Part shown: piece after piece, positions 30,233 to 35,884 of the stretch
Layout: each line of letters opens with the position of its first letter
How positions within the stretch are numbered: the stretch's first letter is position 1
Source: Gemmatimonadota bacterium
GTDB taxonomy: Bacteria > Gemmatimonadota > Gemmatimonadetes > Gemmatimonadales > GWC2-71-9
DNA: 35,884 nt
Assembly (NCBI GenBank): GCA_039588295.1
Contig: JBDHAB010000032.1
Span: 1 to 35,884, forward strand
Reading direction: 5' to 3'
Notes under the pieces: model-generated
What the model was told of the DNA's origin: nothing
The model's database searches: none
What the model saw: the letters and a program-made list of their open reading frames with translations, nothing else
Program-made: the position numbers and the translations under genes

Positions 30233-31155
30233 ACAAGATCACCGTAATCGGAGCGGGTCACGTCGGTGCCACCACAGCGCAGCGGCTGGCGGAGAAAGAA
30301 CTGGCGCGTGAGGTGGTGCTGCTCGACATCCTCGAGGGGATTCCTCAGGGAAAGGGCCTGGATCAGTGGCAGTCGGGGCCGGTGGAGGGGTTCGATACCC
30401 GCGTCACTGGTGTCAATGACTACGGTCCTGCCAAAGGCAGCGACCTCTTCGTCCTGACGGCTGGCATCGCTCGCAAACCGGGGATGAGCCGCGATGACCT
30501 GGTCAAGACCAATGCCGCCATCGTCAAGGCTGTCGCAACCGAGATCAAGAAGGCGGCGCCAAAGTCGATCGTCCTGGTCGTGTCCAACCCGCTCGACGTC
30601 ATGTGCTACGTCGCCAAGGAAGTCACCGGATTTCCGCGCGAACGGGTGATCGGAATGGCCGGGATTCTCGATACCGCGCGTTATCGCACGTTCCTGTCCG
30701 ACGCGATCGGGATATCGATTGAAGACATCCAGGCCATGGTACTTGGCGGTCACGGCGATTCGATGGTGCCGCTCGTCTCGTACACGACCGTGTCGGGCAT
30801 CCCCATCACCCAGTTCATCGGGCGTGACGTGCTTGATCCGATTGTCGAGCGCACTCGCAAGGGCGGCGGCGAAATCGTGAGCCATCTGAAGACCGGCTCA
30901 GCGTACTACGCACCATCCTCCGGCGCCGTGCAAATGGTCGAGTCCATCGTGAAGGACAAGAAGCGCCTGTTGCCGTGTTCGGCATGGCTGAACGGCGAGT
31001 ACGGTCTCTCCGACGTGTATCTCGGCGTACCCTGTGTGCTCGGGGCCGGAGGGCTGGAGAAGGTGGTGGAGATCGAGCTCACCGCCGACGAGAAGGCGGC
31101 GCTCGAGAAGTCCGCCGGTGCAGTCAAGAGCACGATGGATGTGGTAGCGTTGTAG
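30229..31155 (+). CDS. mdh: malate dehydrogenase (LDH-like)
   Basis: GAGHVG, ARKPGMSRDDL, VSNPLD, LDTAR, GGHGD. Confidence 0.96.
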   Translation: MNKITVIGAGHVGATTAQRLAEKELAREVVLLDILEGIPQGKGLDQWQSGPVEGFDTRVTGVNDYGPAKGSDLFVLTAGIARKPGMSRDDLVKTNAAIVKAVATEIKKAAPKSIVLVVSNPLDVMCYVAKEVTGFPRERVIGMAGILDTARYRTFLSDAIGISIEDIQAMVLGGHGDSMVPLVSYTTVSGIPITQFIGRDVLDPIVERTRKGGGEIVSHLKTGSAYYAPSSGAVQMVESIVKDKKRLLPCSAWLNGEYGLSDVYLGVPCVLGAGGLEKVVEIELTADEKAALEKSAGAVKSTMDVVAL

Positions 31156-31249
31156 CAGCACGACGGGTACGCAACGTGCAATACGGCCTGGTGCGTGCGG
31201 TGCCGGGCCGTATCTTCTGGCGTCCCGTCATCCTCCCGAGGAGACTCTC

Positions 31250-31807
31250 ATGATCCCCATCAGCGCTCTCTGGCTCCCAATCCTGTTGTCGGCGCTCGCC
31301 GTGTGGATCGCGAGCGCGATCGTCTGGACCGTGCTGCCCCACCGCCAGAAGGAGTTCAAGCAACTCCCCGATGAGGACGCCGTGCGCCGTGCCCTCAAGG
31401 GCGGATCAGGGGAGTACATGATCCCGTTCGCCGGATCCCACGCGGCCGGGAAAGACCCCGAGTTTCTCAGAAAGTGCGAAGAGGGACCGACTGGGTTCGT
31501 CCGCCTGTTGGCACCCAAGCGGCCAGCGATGGGCAAGCCGATGGCACTGTCGTTCACGTTCTATGTGGTCGTCGGTGTGACAGTGGCGTACCTGGCCGGC
31601 AGGGTGCTTGCCCCCGGCACCGAGTACCTGGCGGTGTTCCGCGTGACTGGGACCGTCGCCTGGGCGGCGTACTTCCTGGCTGCCGTGCCCGATTCGATCT
31701 GGTTTGGCAAGCCCTGGACCTCGACCGGGAAACTGCTGGTTGAAGCGTTGATCTACGGTGCGCTGACCGGAGGGTTTTTCGGCTGGATGTGGCCGGCCAC
31801 GGCTTAG
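31250..31807 (+). CDS. hypothetical integral membrane protein (about 4 TM)
   Basis: SD GAGGAG; four hydrophobic segments. Confidence 0.85.
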   Translation: MIPISALWLPILLSALAVWIASAIVWTVLPHRQKEFKQLPDEDAVRRALKGGSGEYMIPFAGSHAAGKDPEFLRKCEEGPTGFVRLLAPKRPAMGKPMALSFTFYVVVGVTVAYLAGRVLAPGTEYLAVFRVTGTVAWAAYFLAAVPDSIWFGKPWTSTGKLLVEALIYGALTGGFFGWMWPATA

Positions 31808-31814
31808 GTCTCTG

Positions 31815-32225
31815 CTAGCGGCCTTCGTACACGACGTAGTTGCGGGGCGTCTCCCAAAGGACGAGCCGAGTGAGCCGACCGGGGAGACGCCCCACCAGCA
31901 TCTCCCAGATCACCACCACGAGGTTCTCGGTCGTCGGGTTCAACTCCCGGAATTCGGGCACGTCGAGGTTGAGGTTCTTGTGATCGAGTCGTCGAAGCAC
32001 GAGTTGCTCGACGATGCGTTTGACCTCACCGAGGTCGGCCACGTACCCCGTGGCGGGATCGATGTCGCCCGCGACCGCCACCTCGAGCTCGTAGTTGTGG
32101 CCGTGGTAGTTCGGGTTGTTACACGGCCCGAAAACGCGTCGGTTTTCGTCGTCCGACAGGGCGGGGTTGTGCAGCCGGTGGGCGGCGTTGAAATGCACCC
32201 GGCGCGTGACGGTCACCGTGGCCAT
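31815..32225 (-). CDS. queD: 6-pyruvoyl/6-carboxy-tetrahydropterin synthase (PTPS/QueD family)
   Basis: FNAAHRL, CNNPNYHGHNY, LDHKNLN, PTTEN, WETP; the exact subfamily function is uncertain (see findings). Confidence 0.9.
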   Translation of the reverse strand: MATVTVTRRVHFNAAHRLHNPALSDDENRRVFGPCNNPNYHGHNYELEVAVAGDIDPATGYVADLGEVKRIVEQLVLRRLDHKNLNLDVPEFRELNPTTENLVVVIWEMLVGRLPGRLTRLVLWETPRNYVVYEGR

Positions 32226-32231
32226 GCGGGG

Positions 32232-32260
32232 TAGTTAGTCCGGCCCGTGCGGTGCGTCAA
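32232..32260 (-). promoter_or_regulatory. candidate sigma70 promoter giving a leaderless PTPS/queD mRNA
   Basis: TTGACG-N17-TAACTA ending 6 nt before the ATG. Confidence 0.45.
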
Positions 32261-32310
32261 GCCAAGGCGTGTGGACCGGTCGGCACGGCGTGCCCCAAGC
32301 CCGCGAGCCG

Positions 32311-32339
32311 TTGACCGCCGTCTATTGCGTTGCTACTAT
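32311..32339 (+). promoter_or_regulatory. sigma70 promoter (extended -10) for the NlpC/P60 gene
   Basis: TTGACC-N17-TACTAT, with TGn immediately before the -10. Confidence 0.65.
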
Positions 32340-32353
32340 TGAAGTTACAGCTC

Positions 32354-33358
32354 ATGGCCACGGAATCCATCGTCCGTCGATCGGCGCTGCTCGCCACGAC
32401 TGCGCTCCTTTGTGCGGGGCCGCTCCAGGCCCAGCGCGCAGCGGTGGCGTTCTCGTACGGCCGCTGGTGGCGCGACGAGCCGGCCGTCCAGTACGGGCTC
32501 ACCTATCACCGAAGCCTCCTGGGGCCGGTCGACTTCAGTGTGGGCGCCTTCCACCTCGACGACAGCCGCTCACCGCTCGATCGCACGCTCACCGGAGGTG
32601 AACTGGCGCTCGGTGTCGGCAGGCTTGGCTCAGGCCTCTACGGCCTGGCCGCCGCGGGACTGGGGATCCGGCACTCGGACGGAAACACCGACGCGGTGTG
32701 GAGCGTCGGGGCAGGGTACACGCTCCGCATCGTTCCGTTTCTGTCGATCGGGTTCGAGGGGCGCTACCGCGTCGAGGATTCCTCCGTGCGAGGGTTTTGG
32801 CAGCTCGACCCCGCCGATCGCGACGGTTTCATGCTGTTGGGCCGCATCACGCTGAGTGGCCGGCGCCGCTCGGGCGCTCGGCCGCGGAGCGCTGAGCCCC
32901 CCGCCGTGGCGCGGCCTCCATCCCGGGTCGAGACCGGGTCCACGAATGCCGGAGTCTCGGAAGCGCGCGTGGGACTGGCGGGGGACGTCGTCGAGACGGC
33001 ACTGGCGGCCATGGGAAGTCCGTACCGCTGGGGAGGATCCGACGCAAACGGGTACGATTGTTCGGGTCTCATTCAATGGGCCTATGGCGAGCACGGCATC
33101 GTCCTGCCTCGCATCAGCCGCGATCAGTCCCGTCAGGGAGCACTTGTGGAGGCCAGGGTCGACGCGCTGCGGCCCGGCGATATCCTGGGGTTCTCCGAGA
33201 GCGGGGGTGGAGTCACCCACGTGGGGCTCTACGTGGGCGGCGGGGATTTCATCCACAGCTCGTCCGCCGGTGTGAGGCTCTCGAGCCTCACCGCGCGCGA
33301 TCCCGACAGCCGCTGGTGGCAGCAACGCTGGGTGACGGCCCGGCGCATCCTCAATTAG
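32354..33358 (+). CDS. NlpC/P60 (C40) peptidoglycan peptidase with N-terminal beta-barrel-like domain
   Basis: Signal peptide ending LQA|Q; GSPYRWGG, YDCSG, LPRIS, PGDIL, HVGLY, FIHS. Confidence 0.9.
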   Translation: MATESIVRRSALLATTALLCAGPLQAQRAAVAFSYGRWWRDEPAVQYGLTYHRSLLGPVDFSVGAFHLDDSRSPLDRTLTGGELALGVGRLGSGLYGLAAAGLGIRHSDGNTDAVWSVGAGYTLRIVPFLSIGFEGRYRVEDSSVRGFWQLDPADRDGFMLLGRITLSGRRRSGARPRSAEPPAVARPPSRVETGSTNAGVSEARVGLAGDVVETALAAMGSPYRWGGSDANGYDCSGLIQWAYGEHGIVLPRISRDQSRQGALVEARVDALRPGDILGFSESGGGVTHVGLYVGGGDFIHSSSAGVRLSSLTARDPDSRWWQQRWVTARRILN

Positions 33359-33418
33359 GAGGCCGCGGATCTCGGCCGATCCATCGGCGGATTCTGGCTG
33401 ATCAATCCCCGGGTGGGC

Positions 33419-33446
33419 TTGACACCGCCGGGCCGACGCCTATCTT
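33419..33446 (+). promoter_or_regulatory. sigma70 promoter of groESL
   Basis: TTGACA-N16-TATCTT just upstream of CIRCE. Confidence 0.7.
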
Positions 33447-33454
33447 CCGCATCG

Positions 33455-33481
33455 TTAGCACTCAATGTTTGTGAGTGCCAA
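33455..33481 (+). promoter_or_regulatory. CIRCE element (HrcA operator)
   Basis: TTAGCACTC-N9-GAGTGCCAA, one mismatch to the consensus, upstream of groES. Confidence 0.95.
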
Positions 33482-33533
33482 AACACCTCAAGTAACTACA
33501 CATCAACAGTTTAGCAGTCGGAGGCAACTGGTT

Positions 33534-33848
33534 ATGGCCACTGCCACGAAGAGCAAGTCGAAGCTCAAGATCCAACCGCTCGGCGACCGCGTCGTCGTGC
33601 ACCCATTGGAGGAGACCGAGGAGATGCGGGGAGGGTTGTACATCCCCGACACCGCCAAGGAGAAGCCGCTCCAGGGCGAGATTCTCGCCGTTGGCCCCGG
33701 CCGCTTCGAGAAGGGCGAGCGGGTCCCGATGGAGTTGGAGGTCGGACAGAAGGTGTTGTACAGCAAGTACGCGGGTAGCGATGTGCGCATGGGCGACGAG
33801 GAGTTTTTGATCATCAAGGAAGCTGACGTCCTCGCAATCATCGAGTGA
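33534..33848 (+). CDS. groES: co-chaperonin GroES
   Basis: IQPLGDRVVV, GGLYIPDTAKEKP, AVGPG, KYAG; SD GGAGG. Confidence 0.97.
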   Translation: MATATKSKSKLKIQPLGDRVVVHPLEETEEMRGGLYIPDTAKEKPLQGEILAVGPGRFEKGERVPMELEVGQKVLYSKYAGSDVRMGDEEFLIIKEADVLAIIE

Positions 33849-33871
33849 CGTTGCGGAGGTAGAGGAGACCA

Positions 33872-35512
33872 ATGGCAAACGTAAAGGAACTGCACTTCGA
33901 CGTCGCAGCTCGCACTGCGCTGAAGTCGGGCGTCGATCAGCTGGCCGAGGCCGTCAAGGTGACGCTCGGCCCCAAGGGCCGAAACGTGGTCATCGACAAG
34001 AAGTTCGGCAGCCCGACCGTGACCAAGGATGGCGTGACGGTCGCCAAGGAAGTGGAGCTGGCCGATCCGGTCGAGAATATGGGCGCCCAGATGGTGAAGG
34101 AAGTCGCGACCAAGACCTCGGACGTGGCGGGCGATGGCACCACCACTGCGACGGTGCTGGCTCAGGCGATCTACCGCGAGGGCCTGAAGAGCGTGACGGC
34201 GGGCATTAACCCCATGGCCATCAAGCGTGGGATCGACAAGGCGGTTGAGCGGGTCGTCGAGGACATCAAGAAGCTGTCCGTGCCGACGGCCGGCAAGAAG
34301 GAAATCGCGCAGGTCGGGTCCATCTCGGCGAACAGCGACCCGGAGATCGGTGACTTGATTGCCGACGCGATGGAGAAGGTCGGGAAGGACGGGGTGATCA
34401 CGGTCGAAGAGGCCAAAGGTCTCGAGACCGAGCTGGACACGGTCGACGGCATGCAGTTCGACCGCGGTTACCTGTCACCGTACTTCGTGACGGATCCGGA
34501 GAAGATGGAGGCCGTCCTCGAGGACGCCTACATGCTGATTCACGACAAGAAGATCTCTGCGATGAAGGACCTGCTGCCGGTGCTGGAGAAGGTGGCGCAG
34601 ACAGGCAAGCCTATGCTGATCATCTCCGAGGATGTGGAAGGCGAAGCGCTGGCCACGCTGGTGGTCAACAAGCTGCGCGGCACCCTCAAGGTTTGTGCGG
34701 TGAAGGCGCCGGGCTTCGGCGACCGCCGCAAGGCGATGCTGCAGGATATCGCGGTCCTCACGGGCGCGCCCAGTGTGATCTCCGAAGAACTCGGGTTCAA
34801 GCTGGAGAACGCGGTCCTGACCGATCTCGGTCGGGCCAAGCGCATCGTCATCGACAAGGACAACACGACGATCGTCGATGGCGCCGGTGGGCAGGACAAG
34901 ATCCAGGGCCGGATCCAGGAGATCAAAGCGGCCGTGGACAAGAGCACGTCCGACTACGATCGCGAGAAGCTGCAGGAGCGGTTGGCGAAGCTCGCCGGCG
35001 GCGTTGCCGTGATCAACGTTGGTGCTGCGACTGAGACGGAGATGAAGGAGAAGAAGGCACGGGTCGAGGATGCGTTGCACGCGACTCGCGCCGCCGTCGA
35101 AGAGGGCATCGTTCCGGGTGGCGGAGTGGCCCTGCTGCGTGCGCAGTTCGCGCTCGCCAAGATGAAACTGACCGAGAGCGACGAGCAAGTCGGCGTCGAC
35201 ATCGTCCGCCGGGCACTCGAGGAGCCGACCCGCATCATCGCCAGCAACGCGGGCGCCGAGGGGTCGATCGTCGTCGAGAAGATCCGCAACGCCAAAGAGA
35301 AGAACTACGGATACAACGCGCAGACCGACAAGTACGAGGATCTCGTGCTCGCCGGCGTGATCGATCCGACAAAGGTCACGCGGACCGCGCTGCAGAACGC
35401 GGCGTCGGTCGCGAGCCTGCTGCTCACCACCGAGTGCGTGGTAGTCGAGAAGCCGGAGGAGGAGAAGGCGCCTGCGATGCCGCCAGGTGGTGGCATGGGC
35501 GGGATGTACTAG
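33872..35512 (+). CDS. groEL: chaperonin GroEL
   Basis: [33 protein letters not shown] tail. Confidence 0.99.
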   Translation: MANVKELHFDVAARTALKSGVDQLAEAVKVTLGPKGRNVVIDKKFGSPTVTKDGVTVAKEVELADPVENMGAQMVKEVATKTSDVAGDGTTTATVLAQAIYREGLKSVTAGINPMAIKRGIDKAVERVVEDIKKLSVPTAGKKEIAQVGSISANSDPEIGDLIADAMEKVGKDGVITVEEAKGLETELDTVDGMQFDRGYLSPYFVTDPEKMEAVLEDAYMLIHDKKISAMKDLLPVLEKVAQTGKPMLIISEDVEGEALATLVVNKLRGTLKVCAVKAPGFGDRRKAMLQDIAVLTGAPSVISEELGFKLENAVLTDLGRAKRIVIDKDNTTIVDGAGGQDKIQGRIQEIKAAVDKSTSDYDREKLQERLAKLAGGVAVINVGAATETEMKEKKARVEDALHATRAAVEEGIVPGGGVALLRAQFALAKMKLTESDEQVGVDIVRRALEEPTRIIASNAGAEGSIVVEKIRNAKEKNYGYNAQTDKYEDLVLAGVIDPTKVTRTALQNAASVASLLLTTECVVVEKPEEEKAPAMPPGGGMGGMY

Positions 35513-35544
35513 ACCGGATCATTCACACCGATCTGGTGACGTGA

Positions 35545-35579
35545 CCAAGCGCCCCGGGGATGCCCTCGGGGCGCTTTGG
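35545..35579 (+). terminator. intrinsic terminator after groEL
   Basis: AAGCGCCCCGGGG-atg-CCCTCGGGGCGCTT hairpin. Confidence 0.75.
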
Positions 35580-35669
35580 CTTGGCGGGGCGGCACCGGTC
35601 TCGACGACCGGCGGCGTCGAGTCGGGCCGAGTGGTCATGAACGCGGGTGTTCGCCTCGGTCAACCAGCG

Positions 35670-35884
35670 CTACTGTGCTTCGCGCAAGATGCGTCGAATC
35701 GTAGCCGGATCGGCGCGCAGCAAGCCCACTCCGGGCAGGCGGGGGAGCAACTCGCGCCAGCCCGGGTCCTGCCGGAACGAGCGTGCGAACAGGGGGAGGG
35801 CCTCGTCCACGTGGCCCAGGTCGGCCAGCGTGACGGCCACCCAGTAAATCAACTCTCCGTTGGTGGCCGCATCGGGCAGGATCT
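35670..35884 (-). CDS. C-terminal fragment of a TPR-containing protein (resembles the tail of DUF1028 proteins); truncated by the window edge
   Basis: Frame open to the window end: ...PDAATNGELIYWVAVTLADLGHVDEALPLFARSFRQDPGWRELLPRLPGVGLL. The family assignment is from memory only. Confidence 0.6.
   Translation of the reverse strand, partial: ILPDAATNGELIYWVAVTLADLGHVDEALPLFARSFRQDPGWRELLPRLPGVGLLRADPATIRRILREAQ

Overview
High-GC bacterial chromosomal window, most likely Gemmatimonadota. That assignment is inferred from protein style and the yicC-gmk-rpoZ-coaBC-udg-dnaB-radA-ispD gene order; no database search was done. Bases 1-7000 form an accessory islet directly downstream of tRNA-Leu(CAA). 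It holds an HD-GYP phosphodiesterase gene that the ORF track missed because it has no stop codon in the window and reads antisense through the tRNA, and a sigma54 enhancer-binding protein with a degenerate receiver domain. It also encodes a lipoprotein, a TPR protein and four small uncharacterised proteins. Three correctly spaced sigma54 -24/-12 promoters and a degenerate copy of the tRNA 3' end lie in this islet. Bases 7083-24417 are a long, tightly overlapping housekeeping run (pepA to an IHF/HU gene). Next come two exported amidohydrolase-family genes, moaD/moaE, trmL, mdh, a PTPS/QueD gene, a beta-barrel-NlpC/P60 fusion and a CIRCE-controlled groES-groEL operon. No CRISPR array, rRNA, integrase or transposase was seen.
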